Of a stretch of DNA of 64,000 nucleotides, positions 1-15,100 are shown one piece after another. Every line of letters starts with the position of its first letter. The stretch's first letter is position 1. The position numbers and the translations under genes are program-made. The stretch is from NCBI GenBank assembly GCA_964016885.1, contig OZ024747.1, positions 11,904,001-11,968,000 on the forward strand, written 5' to 3'. Below the pieces are notes generated by a model, which was not told where the DNA came from, did not search any database, and was given only the letters and a program-made list of their open reading frames with translations. The DNA comes from Eledone cirrhosa. Lineage: Eukaryota.

Positions 1-413
1 TAGAATATTTCAAAGAGTTGATATTTAAACTTTATTGAGTCAACCTTTTATATTCAATTGTATATACTTACAAATAGGAAAAGAATATATTCTTCCCTCT
101 TACAGATCTGAAAAAAAACAAGACATTTCTGACGGGTTTCGAGGTCAATTTCGTTGAAAATACAGGAAAAAGGAAAACAAAAATGGGGAAAAAATTTCGA
201 CCCAAACTCGAGAGAGGTGTTTTTTGTGTAAAAAAAAAAAAAAAAAAAATATAGCCATAAAAGTATATAAGCTATAGCTTATTTTTGTCTCAGTACTGAG
301 TGTGTAAATGACACTGATGACGGATGAAGATCCAGAAACACGTATTTGGTGCTCTCACATGGTCCTACTGTAACATGATCACAACTTCAAACATCCATAG
401 CACAGCTTATCTA

Positions 414-772
414 TGGTTCTTCTTCTTCTTCTTCTTCTTCTTCTTCTTCTTCTTCTTCTTCTTCTTCTTCTTCTTTCTCGCTCACTTGTTTCCGAGAGGG
501 TCTTGGGGACAGAGTCCTCACACACTCCTTCCAGCCGGTCCTGTCAGAAGCAACCATCTCCAACTGATCCGGCTGGATCTCAAGCGAGAGCATCCAGGCT
601 CATGAATGTTATCCAAACACGGGGTCTACCCAGTTGGTTTTGCCCGTAAAATTTGTCCAACGATCCTTTCCTGGGATATTATAACCACATGCTGTAATAT
701 TGGAGCTGAGATATCTCAATTCGGAGAAGTAGCGGCTCTACCTGGAATGACTCTCTGATCTCTGAGCTACGT
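414..772 (-). mobile_element. 3' end of RTE-clade LINE with (GAA)n tail
   Basis: Reverse complement matches the 3' part of the RTE copy at ~35340-35680 (gagatcagagagtcattccaggtagagccgctacttctc...). Ends in a long (TTC)n run at 418-475. Confidence 0.75.
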
Positions 773-1221
773 ATGTTATTATACATAAAATCATATTGTA
801 TATACTTTCATATACACATCTATTATGAACCACGCTATGTCAGTGCTACTGCTAGGCAGAGACTTGGTGACGTGGTATTGCAACGTTTAAAATCATTTCG
901 AGAAATAATCTAAGGGAAATAAATCGTGAATGCCTGCTTCTGTATGTCTCACGATTTATCTCCCTTGATCAGTTAATGTGAACTAATTTAACTCAAATTT
1001 TTATTTAAGTGATTTCCCCTTCAATGTATTTCAAATATTGCATGATTTCTATACTTCTAAAGCTTATTTCACGGAATATATTTCCATATATATAAATGTG
1101 ATACACTCTATTAATCTCACCGGTAGTTGTCCAGGGTTCTATCGACTCATAGAATTATAAAACTGTTGTGAACATGTAATGGTAAAACTGTTGCTTTAAC
1201 CAGATTCAGAAAGACTATTAT

Positions 1222-1420
1222 TTAGAGCGTCGGACACCATGCTTTGCAGCATAGAATTACGGCCCTTTGCGTTCTGAGTTTAAATCCCACCGAGGTTAGC
1301 TTTGCTTTTCAACCTTACGGAGTCGATAAAATAAAGTACCAGTAACGCACTGGGGCGATTTAATCGACTTTCCTCTCCCCAAAAATTGCTGGCCTTGTGC
1401 TTAAATCAGACACCATTATT
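1222..1420 (+). mobile_element. tRNA-derived SINE family A copy (long-tail variant)
   Basis: B-box-like gagtttaaatccc, central ctttgc..ttc..ccttacgg.gtcgataaaataaagtaccagt, tail attgctggccttgtgc. Confidence 0.8.
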
Positions 1421-1826
1421 TTACTAGTTTTAGTCACTGGACTACGACCATGCTGGGGCACCATCTTATAGAAATTTAATCTATCATATAGACACAGTAC
1501 TTTTTTTTAAAGTCTAGTTCTTATATTATATCGATCGTGTTTTGTCGAACCGCTATGTTTAGGGTCATATAAAGCAGTATGTATATATAAGAAAAGTATT
1601 ATTGCATTTATATTTTAATATCATATAACAAATATATACGATTAAATAGAAGTACATACTTATGAATATAATACAAAAAGAGATGGAGAGAGAATTGTAA
1701 TTATTTTAAGATAACTGTAATGTTTCGTATGAAACACACATATTCACACGCACACACACGCGCGCACGCATGTATATATGCATATATATGTGTGTGTGTG
1801 TGTGTATGTGTGTGTGTGTGTGTTTG

Positions 1827-1927
1827 TAGGGTGTCCCCCCAAAATGTATGCACACTTTGATTACCTGTACAGGCAATATTTATTAGAATACTGCTGAAGT
1901 CTGTATACATTTTTGGGGGACATCCTA
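1827..1927. mobile_element. Tc1/mariner-like MITE
   Basis: Terminal inverted repeats tagggtgtccccccaaaatgtat ... atacatttttgggggacatccta. A related copy lies at 3695-3771. Confidence 0.6.
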
Positions 1928-2081
1928 TATATAGTAGAAAACACTTACCCAAAGTGCCAAGCTGTGGAATTGAAACCGAAACTCGTGGTTGCGTAGCGAA
2001 CTTTTTAGCTATACAGCCACGCCTGCGCTTCTTTACTCTGACAGGCATATCTTTTAGGTATTTTCCATCTGTGACAACATT

Positions 2082-2271
2082 ATGGTGGATTAGCAGTATC
2101 GGTAGAGGGTCGGACGCCATGCTTTTCCGCATAGAGTTACGCACCTTTATGGTCTCGGTTCAAATCCCGCCGAGGTCAACTTTGCCTTTCATCCTTACAG
2201 GGTCGATAAAATAAAGTACCAGTAATGCATTGGGGTAATTGCTGGCCTTGTGCCAATAGTAGAAACAATTA
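2082..2271 (+). mobile_element. tRNA-derived SINE family A
   Basis: A-box-like tagcagtatcgg, B-box ggttcaaatcc, conserved central domain gcctttcatccttac.gggtcgataaaataaagtaccag, tail ccttgtgccaatagtagaaacaatt. Confidence 0.85.
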
Positions 2272-2373
2272 TGTAATAATTCCTTCGTTGTATAACGCTG
2301 GCTGCTATTTCTAGCATGTGTTGACTGGTTGCACCGATGTCTTGAGGGGAGGAAGGGGACGGTAAAAGAGAGA

Positions 2374-2530
2374 AAGAGAGAGAGATAGCAGACGACTGAC
2401 GAGGAGGAAGGGAGGGTAAAAGAGAGAGCGAGATATAGCAGACGACTGACGAGGAGGAAGGGGAGGGTAAAAGAGAGAGCGAGATATAGCAGACGACTGA
2501 CGAGGAGGAAGGGGAGGGTAAAAGAGAGAT
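2374..2530. repeat. ~51-bp purine-rich tandem repeat x3
   Basis: gacgactgacgaggaggaagggg recurs at about 2391, 2441 and 2492. Confidence 0.85.
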
Positions 2531-2736
2531 AGACTGTAAAGGGGAAAGAAGGGGAGTAAAAGAAAGATATGTGGCAGACGACAGAGGGAGAATGGGAGTC
2601 ACGAGACCAACGAAGCAGACGACATTAAAATATTGATGGAGTTTGTGAAGTTTTTCCAGATAATTGTTGAATAAAACAAGAAAATCAACGTCCCGATTCT
2701 CTAATATACACACACACACATACACACACGCGCGCC

Positions 2737-2797
<61 letters not shown>

Positions 2798-2835
2798 AAG
2801 AGAGAGAGAGAGAGAGATAGACAGACAAATAGATA

Positions 2836-3654
2836 TATTTCTTTATTTACCATAAAGGCATAAAAAGAAGGGACAAATACAAAGGGGGAGTTTACATATA
2901 GTCGAGTAAAAAGGGTGTAACATGAAAATAATCGAAAATAACCTCAAAAGGGAGGGGACGTGATGGGGGTTGCACACACCCCCGAAAAAGTGTGCAATCC
3001 TTTGCCCGGGGAGCACATGGAGAAGGTGCTCCCCTCTCCTTTACTTCTTTACCTATAGGATGGTATACAGAGAAGGCCCATTTACACGAGCCATTCTCGC
3101 CACTATCACCCACCTTTCATAAAACTGCCTGTGGCCAAGCACCTCTCTCTCCATTCTTATCCTTCTTCCGAAGTGATATCGGAAGAAGTAGACCAGACTA
3201 TGGCCAGAGAGGAAGTTGCCTGACCTCAGACCTTTCAATCGTGTCCACCAAACAACCTCTTTCAACATGGCTATTACGCACAAAAAAACCGCCTTTGCTT
3301 CCTTTGTGAAGAGGGGAGGCGGTTTGATTATCATCACGGACTCGGCGGTCAATTGAATCGGCGCCACCCGCGACAGCAGTCGTTCGGCGTAGCCCCACAG
3401 ATCAGCCACGCCCGGACATTGCACCAATGCGTGCGCAGCGGTTTCTTCGTGCCGCACGCATCTAGGGCAAATCTTTTTTGAGGGATCCCTGCCCGGGCGC
3501 CCGTGTCTGTAGAGCCTCTCTCGAACGGGTAGAGCCCCCCGGTAGCACTGCCAGGCCAGTGACTTCTGGAAGTTGTCCATTGGTCCTGGGCCGAAAGTCC
3601 TACCGAACAGGCTGGCCAGTTCGTCTTCTTCCATGTCCAGCGACTCTCCAAGGG
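2836..3654 (-). mobile_element. 5'-truncated Tx1/L1-clade non-LTR retrotransposon (ORF2 C-terminal zf-RVT region plus 3' UTR)
   Basis: ORF 3053..3667 has LAWQCYRGALPVRERL...CPRC...ETAAHALVQCP...LW, the zf-RVT pattern. AATAAA lies near the 3' end. A 20-bp TSD gatagacagacaaatagata occurs at 2816-2835 and 3655-3674. Confidence 0.9.
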
Positions 3655-3694
3655 GATAGACAGACAAATAGATAGATAGATAGATATAGATATA

Positions 3695-3771
3695 CAGGAT
3701 GTCCCGCCAAAATGTATACGCACTTTGATTAGAATGGTATTGAAATGTGTATAGATTTTTGGGACACCCAG
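3695..3771. mobile_element. Tc1/mariner-like MITE (short copy)
   Basis: TA-flanked, caggatgtccc...gggacacccag, same internal sequence as 1827-1927. Confidence 0.6.
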
Positions 3772-4328
3772 TATATATATTTGTGTGTGTGTGTGTGCGC
3801 GCGTGCGTATGTGTGTGTGTGCGTCATTTTTATGATTTAGTGTTAAAGAACTAATGATAAAATAGAAATATATTTGAAAACATTAGGGCCTCGACGGAGT
3901 ATAGCCTTAAGCAATAACTTATTTAGCTTATAGGCAAGTCCACTACAAGGTCTACCTATTCTCAACTGGATACACACAGCGTAACCCAAAAGAACATAAT
4001 AAAATGTATGGTACTGAAATTCACAGTAACTATTCAAACAGCAAGATAGAAAATGTTAACAGCAATTTAGAAGCAGCCAAGAGCTTAGCTGGCCTCGCTT
4101 GGGGTTCCAAGCTGGAGACGGTTGCTTCTGACAGGACCTGCTTGGAAGGAGTGTATAAGGACTCGGCCCCTACGATTGCTTCAGGAGTTTCGGAACTATG
4201 CATGCATTATACACGTTTTATTAAACACGTTTAGTATACACGCTTAGTATACGCGTTTAGTATACACACTACATTATACACGTTGTATTATACACGCATT
4301 ATACTCATATTATACACATTATATTATA

Positions 4329-5475
4329 TGGATTGGCAGTATCGGTAGAGGGTCAGACGCCATGCTTTGCAGCATAGAGTTACGCCCCTTTATGGTCTGA
4401 GTTTAAATCCTGCCGAGGTTAACTTTGCCTTTCATCCTTACGGGGTCGATAAAATAAAGTACCAGTAATGCACTGGGGTAATTGCTGGCCTTGTGCCATG
4501 CACTGGGGTAATTGCTGGCCTTGTGCCATGCACTGCGGTAATTGCTGGCCTTGTGCCATGCACTGGGGTAATTGCTGGCCTTGTGCAATGCACTGGGGTA
4601 ATTGCTGGCCTTGTGCAATGCACTGGGGTAATTGCTGGCCTTGTGCCATGCACTGGGGTAATTGCTGGCCTTGTGCAATGCACTGGGGTAATTGCTGGCC
4701 TTGTGCAATGCACTGGGGTAATTGCTGGCCTTGTGCAATGCACTGGGGTAATTGCTGGCCTTGTGCCATGCACTGGGGTAATTGCTGGCCTTGTGCAATG
4801 CACTGGGGTAATTGCTGGCCTTGTGCAATGCACTGGGGTAATTGCTGGCCTTGTGCAATGCACTGGGGTAATTGCTGGCCTTGTGCCATGCACTGGGGTA
4901 ATTGCTGGCCTTGTGCCATGCACTGGGGTAATTGCTGGCCTTGTGCAATGCACTGGGGTAATTGCTGGCCTTGTGCAATGCACTGGGGTAATTGCTGGCC
5001 TTGTGCCATGCACTGGGGTAATTGCTGGCCTTGTGCCATGCACTGGGGTAATTGCTGGCCTTGTGCAATGCACTGGGGTAATTGCTGGCCTTGTGCCATG
5101 CACTGGGGTAATTGCTGGCCTTGTGCCATGCACTGGGGTAATTGCTGGCCTTGTGCCATGCACTGGGGGTAATTGCTGGCCTTGTGCAATGCACTGGGGT
5201 AATTGCTGGCCTTGTGCAATGCACTGGGGTAATTGCTGGCCTTGTGCCATGCACTGGGGTAATTGCTGGCCTTGTGCCATGCACTGGGGTAATTGCTGGC
5301 CTTGTGCCATGCACTGCGGTAATTGCTGGCCTTGTGCAATGCACTGGGGTAATTGCTGGCCTTGTGCAATGCACTGGGGTAATTGCTGGCCTTGTGCCAT
5401 GCACTGGGGGTAATTGCTGGCCTTGTGCCATGCACTGGGGTAATTGCTGGCCTTGTGCCAAAGTAGAAACAACTA
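4329..5475 (+). mobile_element. SINE family A copy with internal 30-bp tandem expansion
   Basis: SINE head 4329-4467, then the array, then the normal SINE end aaagtagaaacaac. Confidence 0.9.
4468..5460. repeat. 30-bp minisatellite x~33 (atgcactggggtaattgctggccttgtgcm)
   Basis: Near-perfect 30-bp period. The unit is identical to the SINE A 3' segment. Confidence 0.97.
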
Positions 5476-5729
5476 TATCATACACTTTGTATTATACACG
5501 GTTTGTTATACACGAATACACATTTCAGAAATAATTTACTGAGCTAAAAATATTTATTTCAAACAGCAAGATAACAAATAAGGTTAATAATAATTGTTTA
5601 GAAATAGTATTTCATATATTGGTAATAGTTATTGATTGGAAATCAGCATAATTGAATGTCGATTGTCTGAAAAACAGTAAAATCGATAAAATAAATTGAT
5701 AAAGAGATTCGATAAAATCTGTTGTTTTA

Positions 5730-5945
5730 CATTGGCAGTGACCGATAGAGCGTCGGACAACATGCTATGTGGCATAGAGTTGCGGCCTTTTACGTTTTGA
5801 GTGCAAATCTCACCGAGGTTAGCTTTGTCTTTCATACTTACAGAGTCGATAAAATAAAGTACCAGTCACACACTGGGGGTCATTTAATCGACTTTCCCCT
5901 TCCCTTCTCCAAAATTGTTGGCCTAAATCAGAAACAATTATTATT
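5730..5945 (+). mobile_element. Diverged SINE family A copy
   Basis: attggcagtgaccgatagagcgtcggac...gtcgataaaataaagtaccagt. Confidence 0.75.
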
Positions 5946-6017
5946 TACTGCTATGAAGAACTGAATATATTATTAGTGTGAAATGTCTCTGGTTGAATGT
6001 CATTACAGTTCCACTAG

Positions 6018-6345
6018 AGTGGTGGTGGGAGGGGGGGTAGTGGTTGTAGAGATAGTGGTGGTGGTGGTGGTAGTGGTGGTAGCGGTGGTTGTAGAGGTGG
6101 TGGTGTGGCTAGTTGTAGTATTGTTGGTGGTAGTGGTGGTGGTGGTGGTTGTAGAGGTGGTGGTGGTGGTGGGGGTGGTGGTGGTGGCGGTTGTTGTAGA
6201 GATAGTGGTGGTGTGGCTAGTTGTAGAGGTGGTGGTGTTGCTAGTTGTAGTATTGTTGGTGGTGGTGGTGGTGGCGGTGGTTGTAGAGCTGGTGGTGTTG
6301 CTAGTTGTAGTATTGTTGTTGTTGTTGTTGTTGGTGGTGGTAGTT
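6018..6345. repeat. (GGT/GTA)n low-complexity repeat
   Basis: Direct inspection. Confidence 0.9.
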
Positions 6346-6452
6346 GGGAGAGAAGGGTGTCAGTGTTATTGTAGTCTCAAGGTCACAGTGGAAGCTGATT
6401 TCAACATTATTGGTGCAGGAACAATAAAGATAAGGATAGTGTGTGTGTATAA

Positions 6453-6483
<31 letters not shown>

Positions 6484-6486
6484 TAT

Positions 6487-6683
6487 GAAGGAGGTGAGTT
6501 TTATTGTAGTACAATAAAGCAATGCAGATATCGGATAAGAAGCACTCTACAGTTTGTAGGACTGGAGTATACATAATATATAAACAAAAGATGGTTAAAA
6601 GAGTTCCATGTATTTTATTGTTTTTGAAATGCGCATAATAAAATACATGGAACTCTTTTAACCATCTTTTGTTTATATATTAT
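6487..6683 (-). mobile_element. (TA)n-embedded fold-back element, putative Penelope-like non-autonomous remnant
   Basis: 47-bp perfect inverted arms at 6573-6619 and 6637-6683 with a 17-nt loop. Bulged tail stem at 6542-6569. (TA)n on both sides. Confidence 0.6.
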
Positions 6684-6969
6684 ATATATATATATATATA
6701 TATCTATCTAAGGCGGGTAAAATTCCCGAGATCCATGGACGAGTTCTCTCCAGCGGTCTCTGTCCCTCATTATCGCTGCCATATATATATATGCGATCGA
6801 TAAAAAAGTACCAGTTTAATACTGGGGTCGATTCTTCCTCAATATTTCTCTCTCACTTCCATTCTCTTGCTCTCTCTATCCTTCTCTGGAAGAAATCTGC
6901 TGTATTCAGTCCAAAGAAACAATTGTTAGCAATTAAATTATAATTATAATTATATATATATATATATAT

Positions 6970-7684
6970 TAACTACTTTTCCCATCTTGACGTTATAGTC
7001 GCATATATGTTATAGAATGCCGTTAGCTTCTTGCTAAAACAATCTCTATACCTCTCATTTATATTTATACTCGGATTCTTTTCCTAGAGTGCTTAAAATA
7101 TCTGTGACTAATCCCGGTTTTTTTCATAAAAACTGTGATAATTATTGCTATTTTGCTGAACTCCTTTGTAGAGTTTTTTTCAGAATGTATTTGACTGCTA
7201 TTTCTTGTAAATAAACATTCACTTCCATCCTGACGTCACTAGCCCCGTTTTTTCCTCATGTGCTTTTTCATAAATACACATGAAGGCGAACTAGCCAGTT
7301 TTAGAATTCCCTTTTTCGGATTATACTACTGTGAGAGCCCTGGTTTCTGTTGAGCTCTGCTGATGAATGAAATCCAACCGTGACCATCTCCACTGAAAGT
7401 TTTCATGAAATAGTCTTTGAAGACTATACAGAGCATTTGATGTTATTCCAAATTGAAGGATAAGTGTTTCAAACTGTATTTTATCATGAGTTAAAGGTCT
7501 ATAGATTTTTCCCTGGATTTTACTAAATTCTGTGGATGAATTTATATCCTGATTCTCTTTTGAGATGAGTTTGAGTTATTTTTCCTAAATCTTTCGTTAA
7601 CTACTTTTCCCATCTTGACGTTATAGTCGCATATATGTTATAGAATGCCGTTAGCTTCTTGCTAAAACAATCTCTATACCTCTC

Positions 7685-7690
<6 letters not shown>
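6970..7690. mobile_element. (TA)n-embedded element bounded by ~94-bp direct repeats (pLTR-like)
   Basis: aactacttttcccatcttgacg...tctctatacctctcatttatat is apparently identical at ~6970-7063 and ~7599-7690. A decayed minus-strand reading frame lies between. A related tail occurs at 21670-21722. Confidence 0.6.
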
Positions 7691-7737
<47 letters not shown>

Positions 7738-7738
<1 letters not shown>

Positions 7739-7926
7739 CGAAGGAAATGTGGTAAGGAACCAGGTGGACCATAACGCACCAAAGTACTCAATACTTGAGG
7801 TAGTAGAGTGGGTAATAGGAACCAGTAAGACCCCGACAGCTGTGCTCAAGCCGTTTCGACGGCTAATTCTGGACTAGAATTAGCCGTCGAAACGGCTTGA
7901 GCTCAGCTGTCGGGGTCTTACTGGTT

Positions 7927-7931
<5 letters not shown>
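7738..7931 (-). mobile_element. (TA)n-embedded fold-back element (same family as 21943-22170)
   Basis: 56-bp inverted arms at 7815-7870 and 7876-7931 with one mismatch, containing gccgtcGAAACggc. Bulged tail stem at 7784-7810. Confidence 0.7.
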
Positions 7932-7968
<37 letters not shown>

Positions 7969-7988
7969 AACACACACACACACACACG

Positions 7989-8084
<96 letters not shown>

Positions 8085-8153
8085 TTCCTTTACTCCTACT
8101 AACCTAGTTATGTCATCTTTACAATTTTATCTCTTTATATATATATATATATT

Positions 8154-8186
<33 letters not shown>

Positions 8187-8392
8187 ATATGTATATATGT
8201 ATATATGTATATATGTATATATGTATGCATATATACATACATATATGTATACATACGCGATTACTCGATACATATAGTAGAGTTAAGTTTTTATTATAAT
8301 CTAAGACATAACTCAGAGCTTCATATTACGGGAAAGAATCTACTTTATCGAATGAGAGACTACCCCTGGGGAGAGAAAAGTTACAGCACTAT

Positions 8393-8393
<1 letters not shown>

Positions 8394-8429
<36 letters not shown>

Positions 8430-8432
8430 CTG

Positions 8433-8482
<50 letters not shown>

Positions 8483-8501
8483 GTCATCATCATCATCACT
8501 G

Positions 8502-8536
<35 letters not shown>

Positions 8537-8588
8537 GTCATCATCATCGTTATCATCATCATTGTCATCATCATCATCATCATCATCG

Positions 8589-8619
<31 letters not shown>

Positions 8620-8620
8620 T
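8394..8620. repeat. (CAT)n microsatellite
   Basis: Direct inspection. Confidence 0.95.
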
Positions 8621-8635
8621 ATCTAACATCTATAA

Positions 8636-8820
8636 GGGCGGTGGATTGGCAGTATCGGTAGAGGGTCGGACGCCATGCTTTCCAGCATAGTTACGTCCCT
8701 TTACGATCCGAGTTCAAATCCCGCCGAGGTTGACTTTGCCTTTCATCCTTACGGGGTCGATAAAATAAAGTACCAGTAATGCACTGAGTAATTGCTGGCC
8801 TTGTGCCTAAAGTAGAAACA
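8636..8820 (+). mobile_element. Full-length SINE family A with 18-bp TSD
   Basis: TSD attatctaacatctataa at 8618-8635 and 8821-8838. A box tggcagtatcgg, B box gagttcaaatcc. Confidence 0.92.
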
Positions 8821-9057
8821 ATTATCTAACATCTATAACATGGGCTGGACGGCTCATCATCACAGACAAAGTCAGTACTTAATCAGAGCCACTGACCTCT
8901 CAAATGGGCTACAGGTTTGTGTCTTGTTTACATACATGCCTCACACTCTGCAGAATGTACTGGGTGCATCATTTCATTGTGACAGCAGCTCTAGTGAGGT
9001 TGTCAAGCTTTTGACACGTCTGAAGCCTCTCGACATACATTTACAAACACACTCATA

Positions 9058-9096
<39 letters not shown>

Positions 9097-9224
9097 ATAT
9101 AAAATACACCCAGACACACTTAGACATTATCACGAACAGTGTTTAAACCACTCCACCAATATATACACTGATACATACAAAAAATGAAAAACATCACTCA
9201 CACTCTCACATTCCCTTTTTTTCT

Positions 9225-9378
9225 ATTTTCTAATCTATCTACTGTTCTACTATTCTGATGAAGGACTAATGTCCGATACGTTGATCTTCTTTTCTCTCTT
9301 TCATCCAAAGCTTAAAACTAATAAGTTAATTGTTTTTGTATCTCTGTGTTCGTTGGTTTTTATTTTATTTTTTTATCA
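9225..9378 (+). mobile_element. Penelope-like 3' remnant with degenerate hammerhead core
   Basis: CTGATGA-AGGAC-TAAT-GTCC-GATAC-GTT at 9255-9282, then a T-rich tail into (TA)n. An inverted homolog lies at ~10730-10866. Confidence 0.5.
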
Positions 9379-9410
9379 TATATATATATGTATATATGTA
9401 TATATATATA

Positions 9411-9538
<128 letters not shown>

Positions 9539-9547
9539 TATATATGT

Positions 9548-10392
9548 AGTAAGGTTGCTTGGATGCGTCCATAGGCGGTATGCCGGTTGAGCACTGAAAA
9601 GGAGGATTTGCTTCGAAATCACTAGACGTATCTAAGGAACTTACGAATCTAGAGTCACGTTCGATCCACAGATAGATCGCATCTCGAGTTGTTCGCCGGA
9701 GAAACAAGTGTGGACTTTTTCGGCCTCCACCCGCTTTCCTGTCGTCACAGTGCCGGCCGCATTCCACGCCATGCTGCCCTCAACGAGGTCATTAAGCATG
9801 GCTTGGACGCTGCAGGCTTCCCTTCCCAGCTCGAGCCTGTGGGGCTGGATCGAGGGGACGGCAAAAGGCCAGATGGCATGACCATCTTCCCGTTCCGCGG
9901 TGGCAAACCCCTCGTCTGGGATGCCACTTGCACCGACACTTTCTGCAGCCGCAACCGGGTGCAGTCTGCGACTGACCTAGGTTCTGCTGCACGTCGGGCT
10001 GAGAGGGGGCCAAACTCCTCAAATACCGGTCGCTCTCCGACAGGTTTGCGGTCGTACCCCTGGCAGTGAAGACTTCTGGTGTCCTCGGCCCCAGGGCTAC
10101 CTCCTTACTCACCACCATAGGCGCTGAGCTGGCCAGCCGCAGGTGTGAGTCCCGCGAGTTGGAGTGGCTTTTCCAGCCCTCTCCCTTGCCGTCCTCCGGG
10201 GAAACGCCTTCTCCATTCTGTCCGCCGGGGCTGTGGGTGGGCCCCATCGCGTACCGTTGTAGTTGTCGTATAAGGATATTACCTCATCAATCCCATTGTC
10301 CTGCTATTAACATCTGCATTGTTTCTTTCCTGGAACTATGTTGAAAAATAAACGTCATTTGGTCATTAACCCCCCCCCCCAAAAAAAAAAAA
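9548..10392 (+). mobile_element. CRE-clade-like non-LTR retrotransposon 3' fragment (restriction-like endonuclease)
   Basis: ORF 9689..10069: HPLSC...[10 protein letters not shown]...LEPVGLDRGDGKRPDGMT.FP...GKPLVWDATCTDT, the RLE PD..D motif with preceding zinc-knuckle remnant. Frameshifted C-terminus, poly(C)/poly(A) end, sits next to (TA)n. Confidence 0.88.
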
Positions 10393-10544
10393 CAATATAG
10401 GTTTAGCACACGTAATAAATTATGTTCCGATGCATCACTGATTCTTCGTTTACCATATTATATATATGTGGGGAAGGGTGGAGGGTATATATAGTTTACT
10501 ATAATACACCCACACACACACACACATTATATATATATATAGAT

Positions 10545-10712
10545 ATTCTTCTGTGCCCACTTATTTCTGAGAGGGTCGAGGGGGCAGAGTCTTCAAATAT
10601 TCCTTCTAGTAGGTCCTGTCAAAAGCAACTGTCTCCAACTGATCTGGCTGGATCCCTAACCACGACCAGCCGAGCTCATTAACATTATCCGACCATCTTG
10701 CTCGGTGTCTAC
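10545..10712 (-). mobile_element. RTE LINE 3' end fragment
   Basis: Homologous to 480-630 (gagagggtc...ggtcctgtca.aagcaac). Confidence 0.65.
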
Positions 10713-10879
10713 TATATTATATATATATAACATATAAAATGACAAACACGGAGATAGAAAAACAATTAGTTTCATGCTTTGGATGAAAGAGAGAAAACGG
10801 GATCGATGTATCAGACGTTAGTGTTTCATTAGGAGAGTGTAATAGCTCAGAGATTAGAAAATATGTGATATATATCATC

Positions 10880-11150
10880 CCATATTTTATGGCTGTTTCT
10901 CCATGTTTGCATGAGTTGGATGAACACTCCTCCCTCCCCAGCCATTCTCAACTTGGTGTGTTTCTTTGCCATCTCCTCTGTGAAGTTCATGGTTTTGTGA
11001 TCCACTTTCACTACTTCTGTCCATGTTTTCTTTGCTCTTCCTCTACTGCAGCTTTCTTCCACTGAGATCTCCTGGTACTTCTTCACCCAATGAATCATGG
11101 TCCTTACACATCACATAACTATATCAGTAATGTCTTCTCTCTTGTACACT
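10880..11150 (-). mobile_element. Decayed RTE LINE 3' fragment
   Basis: Translation SRGRAKKTWTEVVKVD matches the GRPRKTW motif of the copy at 59491-60270. Confidence 0.6.
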
Positions 11151-11539
11151 ACACAACAATCATAATTGTTTCTAATTTAGTCACAAACTCAGCCATGTTT
11201 TGGTGCTGAGTCGTCAGAACTTCAGATAGAATGTTTTGCAGTATTCTTTTCGTCTCTCTGCTATCATAGTTCAAATCTCGCCAAGTTCAAATTTGCCTTT
11301 CAACCATTCCAGGTCAATAAAAAAAATTTACCGGTCAAGTACTGGTGTCTCATTTTCTGTCCTTCTCTGGAAGAAATCTGCTGTGTTTAGACCTGGAGAG
11401 GGGTGAGCTTCACCGGGGTTAAAAACTGCCCTAGAAATATCCTATGTCAATATGGCGCCCCTAACAACTCCATCAGGAGTTACGGGACTATACCATGGAT
11501 ACACGTGGCTGATACTTTATTTATCAACCCCGAATGGGG

Positions 11540-11880
11540 ATGCCAACAAAGTCAGAAAACAGCACAACTCCCATGACTTTCGGAAACATTTTTTCACACT
11601 CAGAGTTGCTGAAGCATGGAACAAACTACCTACATCAGTTATTAGCTGTCGAGACATTGCATCCTTTAAAACCTCCATGGAACAAACTACCTACATCAGT
11701 TATTAGCTGTCGAGACACTGCATCCTTTAAAACCTCCATACACACACACATATATTTCATGACTCGTACACTGTTCACTTTCCTGACATTTGTACATTAT
11801 TCTATGTACTATACAAGCACCTTTGATGAGTTGTAGTACACCTGAGCACTGTACACAATACTTTCATTATTATTATTATT
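11540..11880 (+). mobile_element. CR1-clade LINE 3' end with internal 61-bp duplication and (ATT)n tail
   Basis: KVRKQHNSHDFRKHFFTLRVAEAWNKLP...FK motif. Same family as 15650-16025. Confidence 0.8.
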
Positions 11881-12069
11881 TGGATTGGCAGTATCGGTAG
11901 AGAGTCAGACGCCATACTCTGACGCATAGAGTTACGGCCCTTGCCATTCTGAGTTCAAATCCCGCCGAGGTTAACTTTGCCTTTCATCCTTACGGGTTCG
12001 ATAAAATAAAGTACCAGTAATGCACTGGGTAATTGCTGGCCTTGTGCCAATAGTAGAAACAATAATTAT

Positions 12070-12070
<1 letters not shown>
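11880..12070 (+). mobile_element. SINE family A
   Basis: Full A/B box and central domain. Confidence 0.88.
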
Positions 12071-14805
<2,735 letters not shown>

Positions 14806-15100
14806 ACATTTTTCAGCCTGTGGCTTTCGAGACGTTTGGAGGAGTCGGGCCGCTGACTGCGAGTTCCTCTCTTCACTGGCGGCTCGCCTAATAGAGGTAA
14901 CTGGCGAATCTCGTGAGGGCGCTTGGTTGTTCCAGCTCATTAGCCTCGCCATCACCCGAGACAACGCTGCGAGTGTGCTGACTTGCCTCACAAATCATTA
15001 GAGAGGTTGTCCAATATTCCTCGCGACGCTGCTGTCTTTTGCAACATTAAAGGAATATATCCTTCTGAAAGAATCGCAAGCAATAACATATTTGTTGTTA
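14806..15100 (+). mobile_element. Second CRE-like retrotransposon extreme 3' fragment
   Basis: Reading across one frameshift gives NIFQPVAFETFGGVGPLT..EFLSSLAARLIEVTGESREGAWLFQLISLAITRDNAASVL, the typical C-terminus of RLE-bearing CRE elements. Confidence 0.75.

Noticed and set aside
4403-5534. Six long ORFs with Cys/Gln/His repeats
   Set aside because: They are translations of a stop-free 30-bp repeat derived from a SINE tail, not genes.
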